A program made the position numbers and the translations under genes. From positions 75,084,001 through 75,148,000 of the forward strand of contig NC_086097.1 in assembly GCF_963921235.1 (NCBI RefSeq): a DNA stretch of 64,000 bases, given 5' to 3'. The notes below the pieces were generated by a model. The model was not told the DNA's origin and did no database searches. It saw nothing but the letters and a program-made list of their open reading frames with translations. Shown here in pieces: positions 1 through 11,439 of this stretch; position 1 is the first letter of the stretch; each line of letters opens with the position of its first letter. Source of the DNA: Mobula hypostoma (lineage: Eukaryota).

Positions 1-434
1 CCGACAAGGTACCCAGGACATCTTTAGGGAGTGGTGTCTCAGAAAGGCATCGTCCATTATTAAGGATCTCCAGCACCCAGGGCGTGACCTTTTCTCACTG
101 TTACCATCAGGTAGGAGGTACCGAAGCCTGAAGGCACACACTCAGTGATTCAGGAACAGCTTCTTCCCCTCTTCGATTCCTGAATGGACTTCGAAGCTTT
201 GGACACTACCTCACTTTTTTAATATACAGTATTTCTGTTTTTGCATATTTTTAAATAATCTATTCAATATACATAATTGATTTACTTGTTTATTTATTGT
301 TATGTTTTATTTTATTTATTATTTAATTTTTTTCTTTCTCTGCTAGATTATGTATTGGATTGAACTGCTGCTGCTAAGTTAACAAATTTCACGTCACATG
401 CCGGTGATAATAAACTTGATTCTGACTTCTGACT
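1..434 (+). mobile_element. Rex1/Babar-type LINE 3' end (ORF C-terminus, 3' UTR and tail)
   Basis: Reads as CLRKASSIIKDLQHPG..LFSLLPSGRRYRSLKAHTQ.FRNSFFP, the typical Rex1 C-terminus. Ends in AATAAAC plus a GATTCT/GACTTCT microsatellite tail. Confidence 0.8.
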
Positions 435-467
435 TATGCTCTGGTTGATAATGTGGTAAACTGAACC

Positions 468-862
468 AGCAAATTTGCAGAAGACATCAAGATTAGGGGT
501 GTAGTGGATAGCAAGGAAGACTATCAAAGCTTGCAGCGGGATTTAGACCAGCTAGAAAATGGGCTGAAAAATGGCAGATGGAATTTAATGCAGACGAGTG
601 TGAGATCAGAATCAGAATCAAGTTTATTATCACTGGCACATGTCGTGATATTTGTTAACTTAGCAGCAGCAGTACAGTGCAATACACGATAATATAGAAT
701 GAACAAAATAATTAAGTTAAAACAATTATAATAAGTATACATATGTGTATTAAATAGATTAAAAATAATGCAAAGCAGAAATAATACAATAAAAAGTGAG
801 GTATGTTCGTGGGTTCAATGTTGTATTTTGGCAGGACCAAGAGTGTAGGACTTACACAGTGA
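468..862 (+). mobile_element. CR1 LINE RT fragment interrupted by an insertion at ~606-818
   Basis: KFAEDIK..GVVDSKEDYQSLQRDLDQL..WQMEFNA..CE before the insert; resumes with LYFGRT..RTYTV-like sequence after ~819. Confidence 0.75.
606..818 (-). mobile_element. Rex1-type 3' UTR/tail nested in CR1
   Basis: ATCAGAATCAGAATCAAGTTTATTATCAC is the reverse complement of the tail at ~355-430. Confidence 0.75.
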
Positions 863-1969
863 GCAGCCTCTCAGTGTCTTCATGACCTGTTTCTTTATCT
901 TGTGTGAATAAACTGAACTTACTGAAAAGTTTTGGTGACCTCAAAGATGAGGACAGCCAATTTAATACACGTGGTTGAAGCTGATTGAAAATGCTTAAGC
1001 TTCTATTTGAATATGTGAGCTGAATTTCCCTATCCTTGAGGTTGAACATGCTTGTAAAATAGTTTCTTCCTGTTAGTTGCAAACTACCAATCCACTGGGT
1101 TATCGATTGTAATTCACGGAGCTTTATGGATCCAAATCTTGAACTGTTGAATCGGTTCTTAACCAAACACAGTTAGTGCAGTGGTAGTTCCACATGGCAT
1201 AATGGAAGATGCTTTCAATGAGAAGGTGAGACCTCCTGCATGAGAGCTGTAAGATACTGTAACTGCTGCAGACGTTAATGTGCACATGCACGCCTGGGAC
1301 AATTACAGTATATTGAAGAGGATAAGATAAAACAGTAATTTTCTCATACGGTCTCTCTCTGATGATAGCTAAGCAAAGTCTCCACTGGATCAGCTGGTGA
1401 TATTAGTACAGAGTCACCTTTAGTAAAAATACCCTGTGCATGGTTCATTCTGTATCTTAATGCTTCCATTGAGGAAGCATGATAAGTGGCAGCAGGAGAT
1501 TTCCTGGTTGATAAATTGACTAAAGACATCATGGGATTTAGAGACACTGCTAAGAACACAATTCTTTTAATTGAGTCAAATTTCTCAACCTACCTCCTTA
1601 GGATTTGAACCCGTTTTGCCTGGATTAGTTGCTGAGTAATATAATCACTATGATACAATATCTGGTATGAGGCATTTCAGCAGATTTAAATAGGATATTC
1701 TGAAAGCTGGATTAGCATAGTTCAAAGCCTAGTTCTGTAAATGAGCAAATTATATGGACTGCAAGTCCTTTGTTCTAATTGAAAATAATTTGTAGATGTT
1801 TATGTAGTTACCTTTTGATCCTTGCTCATGATGCTGTTTTTTCAAGGAGCAACGCTAAAGTAAAGTGTTGAAGAAAAATGAAAGCTTTCTTTCTGTCAGA
1901 CTGCAGAATTAAACAATTAAAATGGTTGTTTTTGCTGAACAGATTAGTTTTAATTTCTAAATTTATATA

Positions 1970-2696
1970 TAGTGGATTCCAGTTAATTGGGACATATTGT
2001 GACCAATACATTTTGACGCAATTGAGCAGCTGCCTCAATTAACTGAAGAATCATGAAAATCGTTAAAAAGGTATAAGTGAGTAACAAACTATAACACTAG
2101 CAATACAAGACTATAAAATTGTGTATTAGTTCCTAAAATTTATCAATAGAGGAATTCATCCAGAGGAAGCTACCATGCTCTTTTGATTGACTGTAAATAA
2201 ACAAAATCAGTGCAGGCATCTAATGCAGATAATGGACTGCTTCTGCTTTTGATGATTGCATGCTCCAAATCTTCATTGTCATTTTAACATTCAGAATGAT
2301 TGTCAATACCTTCAATTTCTTGTTTCTGACATCTCCAAGCCTGAATGCTTGAAACTGCAGCAAGCAGAACAGTTCTGAATTGTTCCACTGCTCATTTCGC
2401 ACCAACTATCTGTAACAAAAATCACCGGTTTTTCAACACGTACACATGCAAATCATATTATTTAAAAGTTGTTTGCTCTCCAGACAGTTTAGTCTCTAAC
2501 GGTCACACAAATGCATGCAAATGACACTAGTTAGAAACTGATCAGCATCAGTCTCCTGCCGCAATCAAGTGGCACAGTGCCCCAAATGAACAAAGGGAAT
2601 CCTGCTATTTTCTTGATTAGTTCTTTGTTCTATAAGAGTTGTCCCAAATAAGCAATGCCCCCATTAAGTAATGGCCCAATTAACACAAATCCACTG
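1970..2696. mobile_element. Non-autonomous Tigger/pogo-like DNA transposon
   Basis: Terminal inverted repeats (T)AGTGGATTCCAGTTAATTGGG ... CCCAATTAACACAAATCCACTG, with TA on both sides. Confidence 0.75.
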
Positions 2697-2989
2697 TATT
2701 GGAGTGTTAGCCTACTTTTCTAATATTCGTATTTTAAGTAGATAGTTTAGACATCAGTTTAATCTCTACATAATTAATAATTGAAAATGGATATACCTGT
2801 CATTATGAATTTCTATAAAAATTCTACAAAAGCAAGTTGAGTGTGCTAAAGAGCTGTGGTATATCAATATTATTCAATGCTGCTTGGACTGACCCGAGCT
2901 AACTCTATGGAGTATTTATCAAATTATCCAACTTCTTGCATCTGCAGTCTGAGAGTCCAGCCTTCAAACTTACATCTGTTGTACTGGAG

Positions 2990-3606
2990 TCCAAGATATG
3001 TGGTGACTTGCCTCAAAGACCACAATCCTGTGGTACTTACATCAAATGCAATGAAGTGCTTTGAGATTTTAGTTTTGGTGCACATCAAATTCAGCCTCAG
3101 ACATTACCTGGATTCATTTTAGTTTGGCTATTGCTACACAAGTCGGAGGCAGAGGGGATCTTCACTCTGCTCTGAGCCATTTGGATTATAGGAACATATA
3201 TGTCAAGCTGCTGTTCGTTGACTATAGCTCAATGTTCAACATAACCATCCCATCCAAATTTATCATCAAGCTTCAAGACGGGCCATCTGTACCTCCCTCT
3301 ACTGGTAGACCCTTGGGAGGCCTCCGTCAGTGAGGACTGGTAATAATGGAGCATTGACAAGGAGGTACATGAGCTTGAAGATGGACACTCATCATTTTAG
3401 GACCAGCTTCTTCCCCTCTCCTGTCAAATTTCTGAGCAGTCCATGAATACCACCTCACCATTTTGCTCTCTATTTGCACGACTTATTTATTTTTAATATA
3501 TTTCTTATTGTAACTTATAGTAATTCTTAATGCATAGCAGTCCACTGCTACCGCAAAACAACCGATTTCACAACACATGAGAGTGATAACAGATCTGATT
3601 CTGAAC
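2990..3606 (+). mobile_element. Rex1/Babar LINE fragment, internally deleted
   Basis: VTCLKDHNPVVLTSNAMKCFEILV and HLDYRNIYVKLLFVDYSSMFNITIPSK RT motifs, followed by a 3' UTR with a GATTCTGA tail. Confidence 0.8.
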
Positions 3607-3618
3607 TCCTCCTCATCA

Positions 3619-3685
3619 CTGGCCAGGCAGCATCTATGGAAAAAAGTACAGTTGATGTTTTGGGCCGAAACCCTTCGGCAGGATC
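3619..3685 (-). repeat. Penelope-like element terminal repeat fragment with a decayed hammerhead motif
   Basis: Minus strand reads CCTGCCGAAGGGTTTCGGCCCAAAACATCAACTG...ATAGATGCTGCCTGGCC; same repeat as 14366-14497 and 61863-61982. Confidence 0.7.
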
Positions 3686-3869
3686 TTTGAAGATTACAAT
3701 GAAGACAGTAACAATACTATTTGTACAAGTTGATAGAGTATACATATTCTGCAGCTGAAAATCCTGTAGTTACTTTCCAATCAGCATAGACATGAGGGTT
3801 TGAATGCCTTACTGCATCATAAACCTCCAAAGATTCTATGTCCTTGTTTCTATGCTAGTCGTTGTAGAA

Positions 3870-5685
3870 TACACCTTCTGGTGCTACTTGGACATGTCTT
3901 CAGTGATGAACCCGGGGTCATAGGGTGTTTTGGGTCTTTAATCATCAGACAACCTCGACTCAGCCCCCGACTTGTGTCCAAGTGGCACACTAATCCACGG
4001 ATCCCCCCTCCGGATCCACAGCCACCGCGAGGCCTTTTCAGCAGCCTCCAGAATATTCTTGGTGGCTCTTCTGCACTGCAGTCCTTTAACTCCAAGGAGT
4101 TTTAGAGTCTGCTGTAAGGAATGGCCAGCAAAGCCCCAGCACCCAACTTCGACTGGCTCACAGCGAGCTCTCCAGCCGTTTGTCCAGCATTCTGCAACAA
4201 GATCTGTGTATCTAACCCTCTTGTGCTCATTGGACTCTTCAATCTGGTTTTCCCAGGGGACAGTAAGTTCCAGCAGGACCACTTGCTTTGTAGACTCCGA
4301 TATTAACACCATATCCGGGCAGAGTGAAGTGGCTGTGATGTTCTCTGGGAACTTGAGCTGCCTCCCTAGGTCGACTTGGAGCTGCCAGTCACATGCAGTG
4401 GCAAGAAGCCCTCCTGAGGAGCTAGGCCGATGTTGAGCCTTCTCCCCCGCTCTAATAAAGGTGATGGACTGTTTGGGAGTGTGCTGGTTTTTGCTGTCTT
4501 GAATCGCTGTGCTGATTGCGTCCGCAATAGACCTTAGGACTTGGTCACGGCGCCAGTGGTATCGCTCTTCCCCCAACCTCTTCGGGTAGCAACTTAGGAT
4601 ATGCTCCAAGGTGCCTCTCTTCTGGCACAGTTGGCATACTGGTGTGTTTGCCATGCCCCGCCTGTGCAGGTTGGCCGGGCTTGGGAGAACGTCATAGACT
4701 GATTGGATGAGAAACTTGATGCGCAATGGTTCAGCTCTCCAGAGCTCTGTCCAGGTGAGCTTGTGAGGTTCTGCATGCTCCTATCTAGTCCAGGCGCCTT
4801 GTTTGTACATGCCGACCATCTTGCTGAATCGTTCTTCCTCCACTTCTGCTCGTATCTCGTTCTGAACCAGTTGATGCTTCTCCTTTCCACGGGTTTTGTC
4901 GTAGTGTGGTTTGGGAAAACAGCCCAGTCCTGCCCAATCCACCACCACAGTGCCCACCAAAATATTGTACCGCAGCCGTGCCTCCGCTCTGTCGACATAT
5001 TCCTGTGCCTGCCACTTCCTTCCGGTCTTTATGCGGATTCCTGCCAAAACGACTTTAACATCAGAGGAGACTCGGTACATCATAACCTCCCTGGCTCAAG
5101 TGACTTTGAATTCCTCTGATAGGCCAGTGATGGGGAGCTGCAGCTTGGTGGAATGCCCATACAGGGCAATGCTGCTCAAGGATTGGGGGAGCCCCAACCT
5201 CCTCCGGGGAAACTGACTGATGGTCTTCTCTAGAGCCTCCACTGTTGACATTGGAGTAGCCTTGGCAGGACTCTGTAATGGTACATCCAGGCTTTGAATT
5301 TTCCTGGAAGGCTCAATTTGTCAATTGCGGTGAGCCAGGTTATCAAGTCGCTCCTGGTTTGTTGAAGTGCGGCTGTGTCCTTCAGGGAACTGTCGAAGAT
5401 CTTGCCCAGGCCCTTGACTGGTTTTTCTGTCACCATTGCAATCTAGATCCCTCCCAGGGTAAAGCGGAACCGGTCGGCCACTCTTCCTTTCTTCAGGACC
5501 AGAAACCTGGACTTGGCTGGTTTAAAGCTCGTCCTTGCCCATGAGATGAGCCGTTCCAGCCCTTGAAGGAGCCATCTGCACCCAGGGGTGGATGTTGCCA
5601 GCACCGTCAGGTTGTCCATGAATGCTCTAATGGGGGCCTGCCGAGTACCAGATCTAGACATGAGGACTCTACACTCCACCCCCTA
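3870..5685 (-). mobile_element. Non-LTR retrotransposon with restriction-like endonuclease (HERO/NeSL/R2 group), 5'-truncated
   Basis: Collinear frameshifted ORF pieces: RT (IRAFMDNLTV, SFKPAKSR, KLSLPGKFKAW), zinc knuckle CQLCQKRGTLEHILSC, and PD-(D/E)xK-like nuclease PDMVLISESTKQVVLLELTVPWE. Confidence 0.9.
3938..5679 (-). pseudogene. Disrupted RT / zinc knuckle / RLE polyprotein
   Basis: ORF-track pieces 5443-5679, 5230-5436, 4781-5083 and 3938-4726 are collinear but broken by stops and frameshifts. Confidence 0.85.
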
Positions 5686-6021
5686 AAAAAACACGAGAAG
5701 TCGCTGTCTGAAAATAATATTACACCGAAGTGAAGATGTAAAGTAACTCATTGTAAGTAATTTTAATGTTTTCTTAATCTATGTAACAGATAATGGTAAA
5801 ACAACAGAATACAAGCTCAATAATGCTAACGTGCTGTTGTAGTGAAAAGATCTAACACAAAGTATTAATTACTGTAAGTTATTAATTATTTTGTAAATGA
5901 CCTTTTCTTTCAAATCTCCTAAAAGAGCTGTGAAGTTCAGAATCTACAACAGTGACAAAGGATGAAGAGAAGGCCAGTCAGTTTCATAAGCCTGTTCAGC
6001 TACAGTGAGTTTAGATCTGTG

Positions 6022-7335
6022 TGTTGCAACGAACGAGGCGAACCCAAGCGCAGGACAGCAGGACACAGGCACGGAGGTTGCATTAGGATGTAGGCGCAGG
6101 CGTGAGCATTGAACGGCAAACAGGAGAGAGTGCAGGAAGGCAGGAGACAGGCAGAACTGATTTTGACATGGAGCATAGAAAGGGAAGTGGCAGACAAAAC
6201 ATTTCTTAGCACGGAGAGACAGAGTTACACAGGTAAACCTCGGTGCTGAGGTAAAACTTAAAAGACTTATCTTGACACAGAGAGACTGAGGCTACGTCCA
6301 CACTAGACTGGATAAATCTGTAACCGAAGCTTTTTCTTTTCATTTTGACCCTCTGTCCACACTGAAACGGCGTTTTCCTCCCCAGAAAACGGAGCTTTTC
6401 TAAAACACTCTCCAGAGTGTTTAAACCTGAAAACGCCAGTTGGGCGTTGCAGTGTGTACGGGGTAAACAGAGGTTTTAAAAAACCTGTCGTCCCTTTCAC
6501 CAGTGAAGAGATTATGGCTGTAGGAAATGTTTCCAGGGTGACCCCTCTGTGGGACTGGGGAAGATGTTGGTGGGGCCACCCGGGGGTATGTGTAGCTATT
6601 GTAGTGGGTGTGAGGCTGGTATTGTGTCAGTTTTTCAATGTTTGTCGTTAGCCAGGTCATACTGTCCACGAACTCCCTGTCAGTTGCCTCCATACGCTCC
6701 AGTATTTGTTTTTTTTTAGTTTTAAGTCCTCCTGTGCGAGGGCCAACAGCTGTTTGTCGTTTGGCAATTTCCTTTTAAGTTTTTCTAGTCTGTAACTGGA
6801 CAAATGCGCACCAAGTATACCGTTTCCTCTTTGCTTGTTTTCTGTAGATGTGTCCTGCGCATGCCCAGTAGGAGGCGATTCGCCCAAATACCCGTTTTAA
6901 TGAGGACGGAGGTATTTCAAAAATGCCTGGTGTGGACGCCTATCGTTTTTATGCAAAGCTGGCATTTTCAAAATTATCTGGTCTAGTGTGGACGTAGCCT
7001 GAGTTTCACAGGTAAACTTCGGAAATGGAGAAGAACTTAGAAAACTTATCTTGACACAAAGAGACTGAGTTTCACAGGTAAATCTCGGTACTGAAGCAAA
7101 ACTTAGAGCAGACAGTCCTAAGCGGCCGGGAAACGTTAATTACCACACAGGCAAAACCAACAATCTGTCAACTAGTGGGCGCAAAGCTGGGGTTCTTATG
7201 CTGCAGGTCTTGATGAAGACCAGGTGTGCTGCCATCAAAGGAAATGAGGAGAAAATGGGGAATTAATGGTTGGAACCATGGCACAATCAAAGGGAATTAG
7301 GAGAAAATAGGGAATTAATGGTCAGGAGCGTAACA
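6022..7335 (-). repeat. 3' LTR of the chromovirus, split by a Harbinger insertion
   Basis: Aligns by eye to 10503-11143 once 6290-6999 is removed. Polypurine tract (minus strand TTGAGGGGAAGATAT) adjoins at 7336-7350. Contains ~65-bp tandem subrepeats (GAGTTTCACAGGTAAACCTCGG...CTTGACAC). Confidence 0.9.
6290..6999. mobile_element. Non-autonomous PIF/Harbinger DNA transposon
   Basis: Perfect 19-bp TIR GGCTACGTCCACACTAGAC / GTCTAGTGTGGACGTAGCC; 3-bp TSD TGA at 6287-6289 and 7000-7002; absent from the sister LTR. Confidence 0.9.
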
Positions 7336-7379
7336 ATATCTTCCCCTCAATGGGAGCCTCCAGGCTTGTCCGGATTATC

Positions 7380-10030
7380 GTGATGGAAATCTTGGATGAG
7401 GGAAGGATCCAAGATGAAGGAGCAGGGAATCTAGGTGCACTCCTCTGGGCCGTATCCCTCCCAATCAACCAGGTACTGGAGACCCTGCCTCGGCAGTGCA
7501 CATCCAGTATTCACCGGAGGGTGTAAGCTGGGTGGTCGTTAATGATCCAGGCGGGTGGAGGAAGTTCAGCAGGAGGGCACAAAGGGCTGACAGACACAGG
7601 TTTCAGTTGGGAGACGTGGAACGTGGGATGAATGTGTATGGGTCTGGGCAGTTTGAGTCTGACCACCTAGGGGTTGATAATGCTCTCAATTTCGAATGGT
7701 CCGAGGTAGCGAGAGGCAAGTTTCTTGCATTCATTCTTGAGGGGGATATCTTCAGAAGAGAGCCAAACCTTCTGACCAGGTGGATAATTGGGCGCAGGAA
7801 TTCAATGGTGATTGGCAATCCTCCGGTTGCGGTCAGCTGAACAGAGCAGGGCCGCGCGTGCATCCTTCCAGACCTTGTGGCACCTGCGGAGATGGGCCTG
7901 AATGGGCAGGAAACAGAGGGTGTTGGTAACCCAGGAAGCATTTGAAGGGAGACATTCCAGTGGCGGTGCTGACCAGGGAGTTGTGGGCATACTCCACCCA
8001 AGTGAGATGGGTGCTCCAGGATGGCGGGTTGTTGGCGGATATGCAGCGCAGTGCTGCTTCCAAATCTACTGTTAGTCTGTGGATGGAAATCAGAAGACAG
8101 ACTTACTGAGGCTCCAAGGGCTTAATAAAAGGATCTCCAGACTTGAGAGATGAATTGGGGGCCCTGGTCAGAAATTATGTCAGAGGGCATTCCATGAAGG
8201 CAAAAGACATGATGGACAAGGAGGTCGGCTCTTTCACAGTCTATAGAGAGTTTGGGAAAGGCTACGAAGTGCATGGCTTTGGAGAAACGGTCCACCACGG
8301 TGAGTACAGCAGTGTTCCCGTGTGAAGGGGGTAGTCCAGTAATGATATCCAGAGCAATATGAGACCAAGGGCGGGTAGGGACAGGTAGGGGATGAAGCAA
8401 CTCAGCAGGTCGTCGATGGGAGGTTTTTCGGCGGGCAAATACAGAACAGGCAGAGATGAAAGAGCGAGTGTCAACATCCATGGGGGGCCACCAGAAATGT
8501 CACTTCAGAAGGAACAGAGTTCGATCGATTCCGGGATGGCAGGCAAAATGAGAAGTATGCCCCCACTGGAGAACCTGAGATGGAACCGAGTCAGGCACGG
8601 AGAAATGATTGGAGGTCCGTTGCCTGGGTCAGGTTGAGTCCGTTGGGCCTCTTTGACTATGGATTTGATCTCCCAGGTGAGGGTAGCCACTACACAGGAT
8701 GGTGGAAGGATGGTCTTGGGGTTGGGAAGGCCCTCCTTGGAGACATATTGATGAAAGAGAGCATCGAAATTCCTGTTCCTGGACCCCGGACGATAGGTGA
8801 GCGTGAATCTGAAATGGCCAAAAAATAATGCCCAACGGGCTTGGCGGGAACTCGGGCATTTGGCGGTTTAGGTGTATGCCAGGTTCTTGTGGTCTGTCCA
8901 GACGATGAATGGATGTTCATCTCCCTCCAGCCAGTGCCTTCACTCCTCCAAAGTGAGTTTGACAGCCAGTAACTCCTGGTTCCCAACGTCATAGTTCCGT
9001 TTGGCAGGGGATAGATGGCGAAAGAAGAAGACGCAGGGATGGAGCTTTTGGTCTGGGACGGAGCGTTGGGAGAGGACCGCTCCCACCCCAGAGTCGGAGG
9101 GGTTGACTTCCACAATGAATTGGCGAGAGGGGTCAGGTTGAACCAGGATGGGAGCGGAGGTGAAACACCTCTTCAGCTCCGAGAAGGCTGAGTCCACTTT
9201 GGGGTTCCAGTGAAAAGGGGTCGCAGGAGAGGTGAGTCGAGTAAGGGGTGCTGCCACCCAGCTGTAATCCCTGATAAAGTGATGGTAGAAGTTTACGAAC
9301 CCCAGAAATCACTGGAGTTGTTTGAGCATTGTAGGTTTTGGCCACTCTGCCACCGCCTGGATCTTTTTGGGATCTGCCTTCACTGGCCCGCTCTCAATGA
9401 TGTACTCCAGGAAACTGACAGAATGGGCATGGAACTCGCACTTCTCTGCCTTAACGAATAGCTTGTTCTCCAAAAGCCTCTGAAGAGCCTGACGGACATG
9501 GTGGGCATGTACCTGAAGACTACGGGAGAAGATTAAGATATCGTCCAAATAAATGAAAATGAAACGGTTAATAAAGTCCTTAAGGACGTCGTTTACCAGG
9601 GCTTGGAAGATGGCAGGGGCGTTGGTGAGACTGAGTGCCATGACCAGATATTCGAAATGACTGAGGGAGGTGTTAAAAGCTGTTTTCCATTCATCTCCCT
9701 CCCTTATCCTGACCAGGTGATAGGCATTCCGTAGATCCAACTTAGAGAAAATTGTGGCTCCGTGAAGGGGCTCGAAAGCAGAGTTGATAAAGGGCAGGGG
9801 ATACTTATTCTTTATGGTGATGCTGTTCAGGCCCCGGTGATCAATGCAGGGGTGCTGTGAGCTGTCTTTCTTCCCCACAAAGAAGAAACTTGCGCCTACA
9901 GGGGAAGATGAGAGGTTGGATAATACTAGCCGCGAAAGAGTCATTTAGGTAAGCCTACATTGCTTCCCTTTCTGGTCGGGACAGGTTGTACAGCGGAGTG
10001 GTGGGTAGAGAGGCTCTGGGGAGAAGGTCA
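7380..10030 (-). pseudogene. pol: pol (RT, RNase H, integrase, chromodomain), disrupted
   Basis: [22 protein letters not shown]; RNase [30 protein letters not shown]; integrase [15 protein letters not shown]; chromodomain QYLVDWEGYGPEE near 7430-7480. Confidence 0.9.
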
Positions 10031-10486
10031 ATTGATATCCGGTTGGTTATCCCAAACAGCTGTGTCTGACGCTAAGGCACTTCCCCGCAACAACCCCATG
10101 ATATAAGCAATCTTTGACTTATCCGTGGAGTACGTGGACAACTGCTGTTCGAACACAAGGGAACACTGAAGAAGGAAGGCCTGGCCCTTGGCCAAATCCC
10201 CAGCATCGTGCTCTGGTTCAGGTACGTGAGGCTGTCTTGGCAGGGGTGTTGCTGACACGTAGGGGGTTGCCGCCACAGGCTGACTGGGCTGGTTAGACAG
10301 GGTTCCAGGAGTGGGTTGAGTAAAATAAGTGGATGCATGGTCCACCTGCTCACCGATTGGCGTGATGTGAGCAGACAGGGTATGGAGGTTCTCCATGACC
10401 TCCCGGAGGAGTTGGTCATGCTGTCCCAGTAGGGAACCCTGGCTGGTGAGGACTTGCTGAAGGGTATTCGTGTCCACTGGGTCCAT
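10030..10486 (-). pseudogene. gag: gag N-terminal part (PEG10/RTL1-like capsid), truncated
   Basis: ATG in GCCACCATGG context; PEPEH..GD....AFLLQCSLVFEQQ...DKSKIAYIMGLLRGSAL motif; joins directly to pre-RT sequence. Confidence 0.85.
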
Positions 10487-10502
10487 GGTGGCCAGATCGT
10501 TC

Positions 10503-11143
10503 TGTTGCAACGAACAAGGCGAACCCAAGCACAGGACACAGGCATGGAGGTCGCCTTAGGATGTAGACGCAGGCGTGAGTGTTGAACGGCAAACAGGATG
10601 GTGTGCAGGAAAGCAGGAGACAGGCAGAAATGATTTTGACACAGAGCGTAAAAGGGGAAGCGGCAGACAAAACTTTTCTTAGCACGGAGAGATGGAGTTA
10701 CACAGGTAAACCTCGGTGCTGAGGTAAAACTTAAAAGTCCTATCTTGACACGGAAAGACAGAGTTTCACAGGTAAACCTCGGAAATGGAGAAGAATTTAG
10801 AAAACTTACCTTGACACAAAGAGACTGAGTTTCACAGGTAATTCTCGGTACTGAAGCAAAACTTAGAACAGTCCTAAGCGGCCGGGAAACGTTAATTACC
10901 ACACAGGCAAAACGAATGATCTGGCAACTAGTGGGTGCAAAGCCAGGGTTCTTATGCTGCAGGTCTTGATGAAAACCAGGTGTGCTGTCATCAAAGGAAA
11001 TTAGGAGAAAATGGGGAATTAACGGTTGGGACCGTAACCGTACCTTCCCCTCAACGGGAGCCTCCAGGCTTGTCTGGATTATCGCAATGGAAATCTCGGA
11101 TGAATTAGGAGAAAATGGGGAATTAATGGTCGGGACCGTGACA
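10503..11143 (-). repeat. 5' LTR of the chromovirus
   Basis: Direct repeat of 6022-7335 with TG...CA ends, followed by the TSD. Confidence 0.9.
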
Positions 11144-11149
11144 CTGTGT

Positions 11150-11346
11150 TTCTTGCTCTTTTTTTTGCTGCCATTTATGCACTTTTATTGCGCAGAGGGG
11201 CGTGACGTTTGATGTTTTTCTTTGAATGGGTTGGTTCTATGGTTATTTGCTTTGTGACAGTCTGTGCAGAAGATGAATCTCAGTATCTCAGGGTTGTATA
11301 CTGCATACATAGTTTGATAATAAATGTACTTTGAATCTCTGAACTG
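11150..11346 (+). repeat. LINE 3' UTR remnant (probably Rex1-type)
   Basis: GAATCTCAG...TTTGATAATAAATGTACTTTGAA tail; the reverse-complement form occurs at 52690-52732. Confidence 0.55.
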
Positions 11347-11439
11347 CACTTACCTACTCTAAGAAAGGAATTCCACACAGACACAGCTTGAGGATTATGG
11401 CCTGAAATATGCCACAAGACATTGGCAGAGATATTTTAA

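Larger units (their letters stand above)
6022..11143 (-). mobile_element. Ty3/Gypsy chromovirus (Tf1/sushi group) LTR retrotransposon, decayed and internally deleted
   Basis: Two direct LTRs starting TGTTGCAACGAAC (6022, 10503) and ending ...ACA (7335, 11143). TSD CTGTG at 6017-6021 and 11144-11148. Domain order gag-RT-RNaseH-IN-chromodomain on the minus strand. Confidence 0.95.

Noticed and set aside
3925..3952. CTGATGA...AAAAC on the minus strand at the RLE LINE 3' end as a hammerhead ribozyme
   Set aside because: No stem II can form between the two core words, and there is no matching stem I or cleavage triplet.
6190..7110. Regularly spaced ~65-bp repeats (also 10670-10870) as a CRISPR-like array
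   Set aside because: They are tandem subrepeats inside LTRs with no unique spacers, in eukaryotic DNA with no cas genes.
10072..10902. 276-aa ORF as a novel gene
   Set aside because: It runs through LTR tandem repeats and off-frame gag; the repetitive peptide has no recognisable domain.
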